Shown: positions 12,364-26,149 of the stretch, piece by piece
How the letters are laid out: each line of letters begins with the position of its first letter
Numbering within the stretch: the first letter of the stretch is position 1
NCBI RefSeq assembly: GCF_021869535.1
Contig: NW_026262581.1
Span: 4,712,001-4,776,000, forward strand
From: Mytilus californianus
Taxonomy: Eukaryota
DNA: 64,000 nucleotides
Direction of reading: 5' to 3'
Translations under genes and position numbers: made by a program
Notes under the pieces: model-generated
What the model was told of the DNA's origin: nothing
The model's input: only the letters and a program-made list of their open reading frames with translations
The model's database searches: none

Positions 12364-14340
12364 AACTAGAGGCTCTCAAGAGCCTGTGTCGCTCACCTGT
12401 ATTTACTGATGCTTTGGAAATCATGTAAAATAAGGTTAAAATCATAATTAATAGTATTAGATATTAGATATTATAATGATATCTAGGATAATAACAAAAA
12501 ACTGTAAAATTACTAACTCAGGGGCAGCAACCCAACATCAGGTTGTTGGATTTGTCTGAAAATTTCAGGGCAGATAAACCTAAATCTGATGATCATTTTT
12601 GCCACCTTGTCAGATTTGCTCTAAATGCTTTAGTTTCAGAGATATAAACCAAAAACTGCATTTTACCCCTATGTTCTATTTTTAACCAAGTCAGCCATGA
12701 TGGTTAAAAGGCGGGGTCATCAGACACATTTTTTGAACTAGATAGCCTAATAATGATTATGGCCAAGTATGGTTAACTTTGTCTCAGTAGTTTCAGAGAA
12801 GAAGATTTTGTAAAAGATTACAAAAATTTACGAAAAATTGTTAAAAATTGACTATAAAGGGCAATAACTCCTAAAGGAGTCGACTGACAATTTTGGTCAT
12901 ACGACTTATTTGTAGATCTTACTTTGCTGAACATTATTGCTGTTTACAGTTTATCTCTATCTATAATAATATTCAAGATAATAACCAATAAACTGTTATC
13001 ACATAATGCAAATGTTGAAATTAAAATAGCAATACTTTTATAACATGCAAGTTATGCAAATATTCAAAGTCAATGAACCATGACTGAAGGTACATGGCAA
13101 AACAATCTTCATGGAATGAGATGTGCCAATGCTAATACAACTGCATACCAAATACCATTGACTTATTATAAGTCGTTCCCTCTAAACAAACCTAAACACA
13201 AACATTAACTTGTAAACTATGTAAAAGTTTCAAAGTCAATGAACCATGATCAGGGGTGGGGTTATATATAATCTCCATGGAAACGATACTTGCAAATGCC
13301 AATAAATTTGCATACCAAATATCATTGACTTAACAGTAGCAGTTCATCTTAAACTGATCTAATCACAAACTAATACATGTAAACTAAGCAAAAGTTTCAA
13401 AGTAAATAGACCATGACTGAAGGGGCGGGACCAAATATTCTCCATGGAAATGAGGTGTGCTAATGCTTATACAACTGAACACCAATTAACATTTGCCTAC
13501 CACTAATGGTTCCCCTTGAACTGACCTAATCACAAACTAATACATGTTAACTTAGCAAAATTTTCAAAGTCTATAGACCATGACTAAGGGGGTGCAGCCA
13601 AATATTCTCCATGGAAATGAGATATGCCAATGCTTATACAACTGCATACCAAATATCACTGACCTACCACTAGTGGTTCCCCATAAACTGACCTAATCAC
13701 AAACTAATACATGTAGACTATGAAAAGTTTTAAAGTCAATAGACCTTGACTGAGGGGGCGGTGCCAAATAATCTCCATTGTAATGAGATGTGCCTATGCT
13801 AAAACAACTGCATACCAAATATCATTGACCTACCACTAGTGGTTCACCATGAACTAGACCTAATCACAAACTAATACATTGTTGACGCTGCCATCGCCGA
13901 CGCCGGAAACAGCATACCTATGTCTCGCTTTTTGACTTCATCAAGGCGAGACAAAAACTGCAAAATTTCCTTTTAATTACCAATTCAGGGGCAGCAACCC
14001 AACAACAGGTTGTCAGATTTGTCTGAAAATTTCAAAGGCAGATAGATCTTGACCTGATAATCAGTTTTACCCTATGTCAGATTTACTCTAAATGCTTTGG
14101 TTTCAGAGATATAAGCCAAAATCTACATTTTACCCCTATGTTCTATTTTTAGCCATGGCGGCCATCTTGGTTGGTTGGTGGGGTCATTAGACACATCTTT
14201 TAAACTAGATACCCTAATGATGATTGTGGCCAAGTTTGGTTAAATTTGGCCCAGTGGTTTCAGAGGAGAAGATTTTTGTAAAAAGCTAATGACGATGGAC
14301 GATGACGACAGACGAAAGACGACGGACGTGATAAGAAAAA
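12364..14340 (-). mobile_element. HINE family C, interrupted by a family B copy
   Basis: Left: hairpin aggctc-tcaa-gagcct and sub-TIR gctcacct. Right: (gac)-rich microsatellite. Internal core duplicated; the core sequence resumes after the insertion (ataacca...aaaactgcaaaatt). Confidence 0.75.
12988..13957 (-). mobile_element. HINE family B with ~5 tandem ~167-bp core units, nested in family C
   Basis: Reverse complement of 54715-55547; sub-TIR/IR tgtctcgc...ggcgagacaaaaa at 13921-13957; the 3' end carries a ~30-bp deletion. Confidence 0.85.
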
Positions 14341-15626
14341 AATAATAAAAAAGCCTATAGCTATTTGAAATGAATTCATTTGAGAAAATGTTGGGTACAG
14401 TTGATATAAGTAACTTAATGTACTTGTTTCATCAAATGGCCTTTTAAAACATTTTTAATATAATCTTTGATTTTTAATTATTCTACTAGTAATAACTGTT
14501 GTAAAATCTAATAAAAGTATATAATATTTGCTTTTATCAAATATCCATGAGAGGGTGCAAATTAATAGATGTCTGTGACTATTCATAAAGGAAGTTACAT
14601 GCAAATTATATCTGAATTTTATTCAATTTGGCAATTAAGCATTTGCATTTCACAACAATAAAAGCATTGCATTATTAATTATTCAGTGTAACATTTTCTG
14701 ATATTCTAATTCTATGTAAAGCATGCACTGTCATTTAGGATGGGATGGGGCGGATTTCCCCCGCGCTCCACAATCCTATCATTTAAATCAAATTACGTAA
14801 AACAGACAAAGCTTCCATAGATTGGACCCAGATCACTAACCCTTTCAAATATATGCATTTTCTTAATTTAAAATATGCTGATTTCTAATTGATGACAGAG
14901 GTAGAATGATTACTGCATGCAATGAAAGCGAAATTGACTATTTCTAGAGTTTGTTTTTAAATTCTAAAGAACAAGAGCAAATTGAATATTTGAAACTGTA
15001 ACAATCATGAGAAAGACATTTCAGTTATATTGGAAGAATCTGTTTTGGGATATTTACACAGAAAATCAATAATATTTTCTACTTGGAATCCAGTAAAAAA
15101 TTGTGTCCTTTTGAATAACAAATATATATACATGTAGGTTTTGTCATTTTCCATGCCATAAAACTGACAAAATTGGAGAAGAGAATTAAGCAACTCAGCT
15201 TCATAACCATATAATCTACCTTCCATGTTCAATTGACTCAAAATTGAGTGCCTGTTTACTTATAATGCAGAAATGGCAAAATGCATGTTTTGCTATTAAA
15301 ACCAATACAAGTTATACTTATTCTTGTATATAAAAAAATTTGGAGTTGCACAACAGTATTATGAATTGAGTATGTTTTAAAAATATCAAACTCTCCCCCT
15401 CCCTTCAAGTATTTGCACAATTTCTAAGTAAATATACTGAATTGAAACAAGAAATATAAAAGTATGTTTTCCTCATGCAAAATTATTGTTTGAAAATTGG
15501 TTCAACTATTCTGAGAACTATCATCATGAATTTGTATATGTATGCAACTCTCAAGAATTCATTCTCTCTGTTGTATCCTAATTTTACAAATAGTCATGCC
15601 CAATGCCCATGTTTTGATATGGGAAC

Positions 15627-16326
15627 TACCGTTTATCGGGGTTTTTCATGTGTGTTTAATCTTCCCTTTGTTCGCGGCAGCTAAAGAAATGCGAAAATTT
15701 GACCCAGTGTAAATTAAAATGTCACTACATATTCCCAGATTTATTGTTGTTTGAAAGTTTCATACATTATACTGTTGAATGTCGAGTCTTGTGTTATTCC
15801 GTAGATCACAAGAAAGTATATACTTTATTAAGATCTCTGTTTTTATAATAATTAAAATGACTAATCATACATGGCAAGGTACCCATGGCACACCTTTTTG
15901 ACAACACAGCAATCAGTGACAACTTGAAAAATGTTAATTAGTGACTATCTATTGATGGTGAATCCTATTGATTGGTGTCATGAACCAAACATTTTGCATA
16001 TAATGTAAAATTAAAATAAAACTAAATCACATTTACACGGATATTTGTATATCTGTAATGATCAAAACCTTCAATTTTTAGCATGCCCCAATGTACATTT
16101 TTCTTGCAAGTTCATTGAATTGTGTGTGTTTTTGTTTGTAGTACGCATATTTATTTGCAATCGATTACCTGTCAGTCAATCAAAATTATATTAATTATAC
16201 AATACAGTTATTTTTTCGCATGTTTTTTCCCATTCAGCGAAATTATACACAGTGAAAATTTAACCTGCCCATTTTCTCATCAAGTCGCGAAAAAAAGCAG
16301 ACGTGAAAAAAAAACGATATACAGTA
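15627..16326. mobile_element. ~700-bp TA-ended MITE-like element
   Basis: Imperfect terminal inverted repeats taccgtttatcggggtttt / aaaaaacgatatacagta; CpG-richer than the flanks. Confidence 0.5.
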
Positions 16327-16334
16327 ATTAGCTG

Positions 16335-18199
16335 TGTAGTACATATACAGGATCACATGTTTGTATTAAAAACTATAATGGATAAGTACACCAGTATGAA
16401 AGGTGGGAAACCTTATGCTTGCTTTGTTGATTTCAAAAAAGCGTTTGACAAAGTCATTCATTCTGGTTTAAAATATAAGCTATTAAAACATAATATAGGT
16501 GGTAACTTTTATGCAATCCTGAGAGATATGTACAATAAAAGTGAATTATGTGTTAAAATAGATGATGTGCTTACTCCTAATTTTTATTCTCAAATTGGAG
16601 TAAAGCAAGGGGATGTTTTAAGTCCAAACCTTTTCAAGATTTTTATAAATGAATTACCGGATGCATTTAAGGAAAGCCCAGACGCTGTTGATATAAACGG
16701 TCGCAGGATTGACTGCCTCATGTATGCAGATGATATTGTTATTTTTTCTAGTTCCAAGGCAGGTCTTCAAAAACTAAATGGTGTTTAGAGGTCAATCTAT
16801 CTAAAACCAAAGTTATTATATTTAACAAACCTGGTAAACTTTTAAAAGAATATTTTTATTTCGAAAAAGATACAATAGAATGCGTTAACAATTATTTAAA
16901 GTATTTAGGTTTAAAATTTATATCTAGTGGACTTTTTAAGCAAGGAAAGGAAGAATTATACAAAAAATCACTAAAAGCTGTATTCAAATTGCAAAGATCT
17001 TTATCATCTTCCAATCCAAGTATTTCTACTCTATTACATATATATGACCATACAATAAAACCCATTTTAATGTATGGCAGTGAAATTACAGGTATGTTTA
17101 AAACTAGCTCTGCAGCATGCCAGAAAGAAAGTGAATATTTATTACAGCACATTTATATGAATGATTTTTTAGATAAATCCAATTTAAGATATATGAAGTA
17201 TATATTAGGTGTAAACAAAAAGTCTTCTAACCTAGCTGTGCTAGGTGAGCTTGGTAGATTCCCTTTATATTTTTCAGTTGTATTATCAATGCTGAAATAT
17301 TGGTTTAGAATAAAAAATATGAAAGATGGTTTACTGTATGATACCTATATGTGTAACAAAAACATGTTTAATAATAATATTGAATGCTGGTATTAATCCA
17401 TACATTACATTTTTAAAAAGCTGAATATTCATAATTTGGAGGTAAAGCTCAACTTTTTTATCAAGTCAGTTAAGCAAAAACTTTGTAATAGTTTTGTAAA
17501 ATTTTGGAACACAAAAAGAAGAGATACAAAGAGTAGTAAATTAGATACTTATTTCAAACTTAAAACTTGTTTTTCGAAAGAAATGTATCTATCTTTAAAC
17601 AATTTTCAATTGAGAAGTGCCATATGTAAAATCAGAATCAGTGCACATGATCTCAAAATAGAAAGAGACAGGTATAAAACTTTATATATAGAAAGAGACC
17701 AAAGGCTTTGTAAGAAATGTACTCTAAATCTGGTTGAACATGAACAACATTTTATTACTAGTTGTCCAGCATACAATAATGATAGGGAGATATTTTTCAA
17801 GGCGATAAACTGTATCTGTCCCAATTTTATATAACTTTCAAATGAGGCAAAATTTGTTTGGTTATTTACTAATGAAAATTTGTCTATACTTAAATATTTA
17901 GGGAGCTATATTATTACATGTCTAGATGTTAGACGAAATGTTAATTAATGTATGTAATAACAATGATAATTGTAATGATTTTATAGTTCTGATCCTGCCT
18001 GGAATTAAATGTATGTGATTTTTTATAGAATGAAGATAATAACATCTGTCTGAACTTTCTAATGTTTCATTTTAATATATAAAAATGTTTTTCTGTTACA
18101 AATCATGATGTATTGTTTTATGTGTACATGTTATGCTGCCCATCAAGGGCCCTTGATTGGAATAATAAATATTCTTATTCTTATTCTTATTCTTATTCT
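16335..18199 (+). mobile_element. 5'-truncated non-LTR retrotransposon (RTEX-like), disrupted ORF2
   Basis: RT motifs FVDFKKAFD, GVKQGDVLSPNLF and YADD (ORF 16303-16788); downstream frames 16989-17396 and 17436-17834 with C-terminal RLCKKC...EHEQHF...C..Y; 3' AATAAA and (ATTCTT)n tail at 18171-18199. Clade assignment is from remembered family features. Confidence 0.9.
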
Positions 18200-18350
18200 A
18201 TACAGTGGTATTATGTAAAGAAGCTTGTTTGAAAGTTGAAAAATGATGCACAGACAGCATTGAGTCCTTATGGGTGACTTATCTTTTCTTAAAACTTTGC
18301 TGATTTGGTCGACATGTCATAAATACAATGCACCAAACCAGCAGATAGAT

Positions 18351-18474
18351 AACAAAATTTGACACCACAGAATCATACTAAAAGTCGTTCAGACCAACTT
18401 ATATATAAGTAGAACAAAATTTGACACCACAGAATCATACTAAAAGTCGTTCAGACCAACTTATATATAAGTAG
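18351..18474. repeat. Perfect tandem duplication, 2 x 62 bp
   Basis: aacaaaatttgacacc...tatataagtag repeated exactly. Confidence 0.95.
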
Positions 18475-20145
18475 ATTATAATTTCTTATCTCATTGGAAG
18501 TCACTCATTTTCAAATAGTAGTAAAAGGAAATCCACTGTTAAAAAACTTAAAAGTCCTACTTTAAGGAAATCAGAAATAGTTCAAAAGTCCCCCCCCACC
18601 CCACCCCACCCTCCTCCACGCACACAATAAAGCCACTAGAGGATTAACAGTCTTTTGTTTAGAGTTGGAACACTTATTTTGTAACTTTTCAGCTGGCCAT
18701 CATCTGAAAATTCAGACATTTACTGTATATTCAGACATTTACTAGATATATTCATAAATGTTTTTATGCATTATTTTTTGCAATTGTTGGACACAAATGT
18801 AAAGACAACTATTATGATGTCAGGAAATCCTGTCAGAAATTATGCTATCGAAATTAACCTACTAGTTTTTATTTTTGCAAAACCTAATAGGTAGCAATTT
18901 CTCAAATAATAAAAACATTGCAAAAATTTCAAAATTTAGAGTATATTAGAAGCTATAAACAATACTTGGCTATCAGACATTGTAACTGCATGCATTATTG
19001 GTATTTTTCTATCTATACTATGAAGATAAAAAGAGAAATTATGACAAAATTGATCATAAATCTTCATCTTAATCATTTTCTCAATGATTAGTTTTGCATT
19101 TTTCTGCACCTAACACACTGCTATCGTCAGCTGCAACTAAAGCAGTTAAATCATTCTTCAGACAACAAACTCTCCAGGCAAAATCGGAATTAATTTGAAA
19201 ATTTGTATCTTATAGCCATCTCCTAATATCATTACAACATTTAATATTGGTAAAAAAAATTATCATGAAAAAATCTGAGGGGTCTAAAGAAGGGCTTGTT
19301 TTTAAATGGTCAAATTCATCATTACTCATAGTGTAACAGAAAAAAGAGACAACTTCTTTATTTCTCATTAAAATTAATTTTTTCGGCAACTACAAACACA
19401 TGCATAATATTTCATTCTTATGACAGCTGATTATGTAAGAAATGGGAAACAAGAATGAAACGGATTATTTCTGATGAGTCATATTTTGCAATAGTGGAAA
19501 ATTGACATTCTCAATGCAAAATAATACACATATCTAATAATGAAGTAAGGATGGACCTATTCCATTTTTGGTGTACAAAATATTAAACCTGGTCAGCTAA
19601 AAATTACGCCTACACTAACAATTAAGTTGAAAACAGCGTCAAAATTTAGTTAAATGATAAATATTAGTTTTGAACCCAGTATGTAAACCCGTTCTCTTCT
19701 ACCTGAATTTAAGAAAATGAAGGAGTACAGGTTTTTCTTATTAAGAAATGCACGAAGATGATTACAGGCTATATATCTTGTCTACATGGGTATTTTATAC
19801 AGGTCAGATTGTAGCCTGTTATGGTCTACTTGCATTTCAAAAATAAAAGGGGTACCCCTACTATCCAACTCTGTTAACATTTCCATTTGTTTTTACATAA
19901 CTACTTACAGTGTCATTCAACTTACATAAGTTTGATACATTTACATAATTTATCAAAAATACAAGTGACTTGAGTTTAAAACATGTTATGAATAACAAAC
20001 ATATAAAATGATGTTTCTGTAACACATGGATGACCCAATTTAAAAAATACAGCAACCAGTGTTGGAAGGTCAAGATTAAGAAAAGCGAAAAACAGGTAAC
20101 AATGACCAAAATAGCAATAGGCAACATTTGCCTTTATAATAAGAC

Positions 20146-20536
20146 TTAAGTGCCAGTCTTTTTAAGAATCAGGCAATTTAGAAAAATTTCAAAACATGGC
20201 CGAAAAAAACCCACTAACCAAACCATCTTATTTTGAAGTTACCCTCATTCTGAGTTAGAAATGGTAGGTCTTTTGTTTCTGCGTGTCTGGTAATTCGAGA
20301 AATCTCTAGATAACTTTTGGTTAGAATGATAGCAAATTACGGAGTTAGCTCCCCTTAATTGTTAATTTCTAGAGCAATTCAACCAAATTGTATCTTGAAT
20401 TACAAGAACAGGAAAAGGGAACGAATGTTATATTCGTGTACCATTATACAATTTGAACATATATTAATGTCAAATTGAGTGGGTTTTTTTGTCATGTTTT
20501 CACCACTGCCTGATTCTTAGGCAGATTGGCACTTAA
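20146..20536. mobile_element. TTAA-bounded MITE (~390 bp)
   Basis: ttaagtgccagtcttttaagaatcaggca... is an imperfect inverted repeat of ...tgcctgattcttaggcagattggcacttaa; further inward aaaaaaacccact / agtgggttttttt. Confidence 0.7.
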
Positions 20537-21267
20537 GTGGTGAAATGTAATATTTACAAATCAGTGAAGGTTATTGCAAAATGTACATAAACTCAAAACT
20601 TTGCCAAACAAGAATACATGTCCATAGGTTACCTGGCGTGCCCTGCTCACATAAACACATTCCCATGTTCAGAGAACTTTGAAATCTGGGCAAACCCCTT
20701 ATTTGGCACATGTTTCACATCATAACTGTGTAATAAATTTCATGTTGATGTGACCAACCCTTCATGGTCAACTACTTAAACCAAAACTTTAACCTGATGA
20801 GTGAATTACAAAATCTGGGACGAAACCCTTCCTTGGTATATATTCTAACAAGTCCACATCACAATGTACATATCTACTAAGTATAATGTTGATGTGTTCA
20901 CAACATAATGGTAAGCTATCTTAAACTAAAACTTTAAATTGATACAAGATGGATGGACGCAGACCAAAAACATAATGTACCTACTATTAACCAAAACTTA
21001 AACCTGATACAGAATAGACAAACTGACCAAAAAATGTAATCCTCCCTAATATCGTAGCTGGGAATAAAAATCACTCAAATTTACTTTTACCATGGGTCAA
21101 CATTGCCCAAATGTAGCTGAGTATCATATGAGCTTTACAAGAAAACTGCAGTGGTGAAACACCATAGATATATTGCTTTAAGGCATCTGAGAAATGGACT
21201 TAAATCCAACAGCTTATGATAATCACTTAAAAAGGGCTGTAGTGGTGAATATCCACAATATACAAAA

Positions 21268-21647
21268 TATGTATTTCTATGTTGTAATGTTACACTACTA
21301 TTTCAGGTTAGGGTGATGGTTGGCGCCTGTTGAAATGTTTTAACCCGCTGCATTTGTTTGCACCTGTCCTAAGTCAGGAACCTGTTGTTCAGTGGTTGTC
21401 GTTTGTTGATGTGGTTCTTAAGTGTTTCTCGTTTCTTGTTTTTTTTATAGATTAGACCGTTGGTTTTCCTGTTTGAATTGTTTTACACTAGTCATTTTGG
21501 GGCCGTTTATAGCTTGCTTTTCGGTGTGAGCCAAGGCTCTGTGTTAAAGGCCGTACTTTGACTTTTAATTGTTTACTTTTTACACATTGTGACTTGGATG
21601 GAGAGTTGTCCCATTGGCACTCATACCACATCTTCTTATATCTATAT
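21268..21647 (+). mobile_element. High-copy mussel-type dispersed repeat ending gagagttgtc(t/c)cattggcactcataccacatctt
   Basis: The same terminal motif occurs at ~620-668, ~3708-3790 (-), ~29850-30006, ~34479-34852 (-), ~51792-51975 (-), ~53283-53350 and ~59389-59521. Class (SINE-like or Helitron-like) not determined. Confidence 0.75.
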
Positions 21648-21756
21648 AAGTACATGTTCTTAAATTACCTTCACAAAAATACTAAAAAATAAAAAAAGCA
21701 GAATAAAGATACATGACTGGACAATAGTAATTATAATTGGGGTAATAAAATCTTCA

Positions 21757-22785
21757 TTTTTGTCGAGCCTTCGACTTTAGTCGAAAAAGCGAGACATAGA
21801 GATCCTACATTCTGTCGGCGTCGGCGTCGTCGTCGTCGGCGGCGGCGTCCACAAATATTCACTCTGTGGTTAAAGTTTTTTAAATTTTAATAACTTTCTT
21901 AAACTATCCTGGATTTCTACCAAACTTGGACAGAAGCTTGTTTATGATCATAAGATAGTATCCAGAAGTAAATTTTGTAAAAATAAAATTCCATTTTTTC
22001 TGTATTTTACTTATAAATGGACTTAGTTTTTCTGCCGGGAAATATTACATTCACTCTGTGGTTAAAGTTTTTGAAATTTTAATAACTTTCTTAAACTATC
22101 CTGGGTTTGCACCAAACTTGGACAGAAGCTTGTTTATGATCATAAGATAGTATCCAGAAGTAAATTTTGTAAAAATAAAAATCCATTTTTTCCTTATTTT
22201 TACTTTTAAATGGACTTAGATTTTCTGCCAGGAAACAACACATTCACTCTGTGGTTAAAGTTTTTAAAATTTTATTAACTTTCTTATACTATTTTGGGTT
22301 TGTACCAAACTTGGACAGAAGCTTGTTTATGATCAAAAGCTAGAATCTAGAAGGAAATTTTGTAAAAAAATAAATCCATTTTTTCCGTATTTTACTTTTA
22401 AATGGACTTAGATTTTCTGCCAGGAAACAACACATTCACTCTGTGGTTAAAGTTTTTAAAATTTTAATAACTTTCTTATACTATTTTGGATTTGTACCAA
22501 ACTTGGACAGAAGCTTGTTTATGATCAAATGCTAATATCTAGAAGGAAATTTTGTTTTCTTCCAGTTAACATTACATTCAGTCTGCAGTTTAAGTTTTTA
22601 AACATTTATTAGATTCATAAACTATCCTGGATTTTTACCAAACTTGGACAGAAGCTTCTTACAATCAAAAGATAGTATCAAGAGGAATATTTTTATTGAT
22701 TTACTTCCTCATTTTTGTTGAGCCTGCGATTAACAGAAAAAGTAGGCGAGACACTGGGTTCCGCGGAACCCTTACGAATTTTTTT
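21757..22785 (+). mobile_element. HINE family A, complete; four core units (~193 bp, the fourth shortened) plus a terminal variant unit
   Basis: T-run, gtcgagccttcgactttagtcgaaaaagcgagaca, (gtc/ggc)n microsatellite, tandem core, 3' ggcgagaca plus perfect hairpin gggttccgcggaaccc (22756-22771), T-run. Confidence 0.9.
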
Positions 22786-24807
22786 ATATGAATCCAATAT
22801 AAACAGTAGAAAATATGGTGAAACAGTACAAAAATCAAATTAAGTTTCAGTTATATCTGGTAACTTATTGAGCAAACAAAAAACCTTCCAAGCAATGAGA
22901 ATGTTTATTCATATATATAAGGTTATTCTATACATATGCCCAATGCATATATTGCATAATTGAGACTAAAATTTCTTATAAACACACTGCATCCTTGACA
23001 TAACTTGGATTATAATTATAGTTACATTTAATGCATATATATATATCACACAATAAAAAGCAATTATGATAAAAACTACTGTGAAAAGATAAAACAGTTG
23101 TTTATACTGAACACTGTAACAGCTTGAGCCTTAGTAATACTGAGATATATGTTTGTGTAGGCATTTACTATTCCTACATACACACGGAATATAAAATATG
23201 TAAAGACTAAGTCTGCATCAGATTCTTAAACTTTTCTTATAACTTTATTATTACCAGGGTAGTCTGGATTTTTTAATGAGGGTAGAAATGGGGTACCCTA
23301 CATGACAAATGACAGTTAAATATATGTTAAAATAACGTTAACGGTAAACATTGTTTCTTCTTTGAAGATAACGGTAGTTACATAATAAGATTTGACAAAT
23401 GAATATAAAATATGACGGCTCATTTGATTCTAACGGTAGCAAAAAAATGGACGTTTGTCGATACAGGGCATTCTTACCCTTTTTACTGCCTTTAGTTCAA
23501 TATGCAATTAATTACTATTTGGCAGAGTGAAGACTACAAAAATACTTCATGAATAGCAGTTTGGAATGAAGCTAAAATCTGTCTAGATGCTAAATGGTCC
23601 AATCTTAATATTGTCATTGTACAAGAACATTATAAACATCATAATCATGATATGGAGTACATTGCTTGATTTATTATATAATATTGACTATAAAGATATT
23701 AAATACATAAATTATTCATCTGAGATGTCTTATTTATGGCCAACAGATACTCAATATCCAATAATTCATCACATAGTTTAACCACATTTTCAGAATCAAT
23801 ATGACCCCAGCTATATTTCTTGTAAAAACTAGTGCCACTTTTGAAACTGCAAGTGGACCACACTTTAAAACTATAAATAAATGAATTTGTATACAACTCT
23901 TGACCACTGCAATTATTGGGATAGGGCATATGGATTTGATGAACATAAGACTATATTTTGAAAATTACCGGATCTAGAAAATAACCAAATATCAGATGCA
24001 CATGACTTTTATTGCTGTTCTTCATCATAATAGTTATTAAGGACATACACCTTACACTCAGAACATTTATTAGTTTTTATAATAGAAGTAAAGAGGAACA
24101 AATACCCTAAACAAACAATTTTTCACCAAAATATCTCCCTGTCCTTATGTGAACTAGAGGTTTTTAAATCTTTTTTCTGCCCTTGACAAAGATCTTTAGA
24201 ACCTGTTTTTAAAAGACATTTATTTCATTGGGAATTCATCTTCCAAATTATTATAATTAGCTCAAGTCTAACAATTTTGCCAAAGAGAACCTAACAATGT
24301 TACAGTCAGCAATAAAAATAAAGCAAGATGTAGTTTTTGACCAACTGTTAGAGGGCTTTACAGCCAGTCAAGGTCATTAAACACTCCTATAGTACTTTTT
24401 GATGGTGACAATCCTTGCAAAAGGACTTTGGGCGAAACATTGGACTTGAGCTAAAGACCTTTTATTTCAAAATATTGGGCTGCCATTTTTTCTGTCTTTT
24501 AGCTTAATCTTTTTTAAAGTTTTGTTTTTTTCACCTTTTATATTTAGTAGTTCATAATAAAATGTACCCTTTACCAAAATGAATAAATCTTTGGTTTATG
24601 AATGATTAATGTTTAGGAGTTAACTCCCAAAAGTGATGTCACCTGTTTATTATAATTGTTTTCTCCAAACAAGAAGCCTGCAGCAAGGAGTGTACAATGT
24701 AAAAATCAATTTACTACATGTGCTGGTATAGAAATATTTTTACATAAAATATTACAATGTTTTGATAATTTTCAGCAAGTCAAGCTATGACAGGGAAGAT
24801 TTAAATA

Positions 24808-25019
24808 CTACTGTGAACTCATTTATTTTCGTTGGTAACAATTTTTGTGATTTAAGGAAAAATTGTATTTTCGTTCATATTTGAATTCATTGTTTCACAA
24901 AGTCGGCAAATAAACCTATTCAAAATTTGCACCTCTTTGAACGTTAAAATTCATGGTTCTCCTGTACCTATGAAATCCATGAAAATTGGTATGCCACGAA
25001 TAATAATGAACCTACAGTA
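24808..25019. mobile_element. TA-ended MITE (same family as 58597-58767)
   Basis: tactgtgaactcatttattttcgt ... acgaataataatgaacctacagta. Confidence 0.65.
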
Positions 25020-26149
25020 ATATCTGTTTAACTGCTAACATTTCATACAGATCAAATGTATTGTGTATATAAAAAAATAGAACCATATGTGAAGAATTTA
25101 TATTGATCAACAACATGAAGATAGAACATACTAGAATAATACTTACACATAAACAAATTAAACATTGTGAATGCTTTCCTTTCCAGAGACTCAACAGAAA
25201 TGAGAGACTGTCACCTCAACACACAATGGAGGCTAATCAAGTCAAGTCAATAAATTTTTTCCAGAATGTCCTCAGCTTTCAAAAACTATTAATGAATTAC
25301 AGTATTATTGGAAAATAATCCTACAGTATTAAGCTATGAAATCTGTCATGCTAGCTAGGCCAAGATCAATTAATGTGTAAATAATAAATGAGACTCTCAA
25401 TACAAGTACATCCAGATTTGGCTATCAGCATTCTATACCTTTATCAACAAAGTTTGTATATAAAGTGATTAATCGTCAAATAAATCTCTAATTTATGCCA
25501 CTGGATTGTTTGATGCTCAATTATATGTCATTACAGTCACACAAAAAACTGTAAATTATTATAGGTAAATCACTCCTCACACCTGGAACAGCTGATAGTG
25601 TCCTCTAACCCATGTGTTAATTAGTAAACTGCTATCTAGTTAACCTAACGAGATTGTATCCTTCACTTATACAGACAAACAATATTAATATCTTGGCATA
25701 TGTGATGATTTGACCATTATAATGGTGCACATATCAAGATTTGTGTACAACAATACATCACTAACAGACACGTTTATGTCACCTGGGGGCTTTCTCAAAA
25801 GGTAGAAGAGGAGATAAATTATGACACCAAAAACATATAAATCTATTGAACATAGTAATCAATGTTTTATTTCTATTGACAATTGTATATAATATATTTA
25901 TTTAATTAAATATCTGAACTAAATGTAATAATTAAATCAAAAGTTCATTAGATAGACATAAAAATAGGGGGAAACAGGGAGGGGTGATACAATTTTCACT
26001 GTTTGCAATTGCATGATAATTTGACCTCTTTGTGCAAAAAAAGTTCTTCATTTACAAATTGAATAAGACTAAATCAGCAAAATAAATCATCTAATAATTA
26101 ATAAAAATCATTTCCAATCAAAATAGATTTTTATAAGCATTTAGTTTCC

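Noticed and set aside
23587-23946. Cluster of three 64-76 aa ORFs
   Set aside because: No recognisable motif or consistent splice signals; possibly a very old retroelement fragment, but unsupported.
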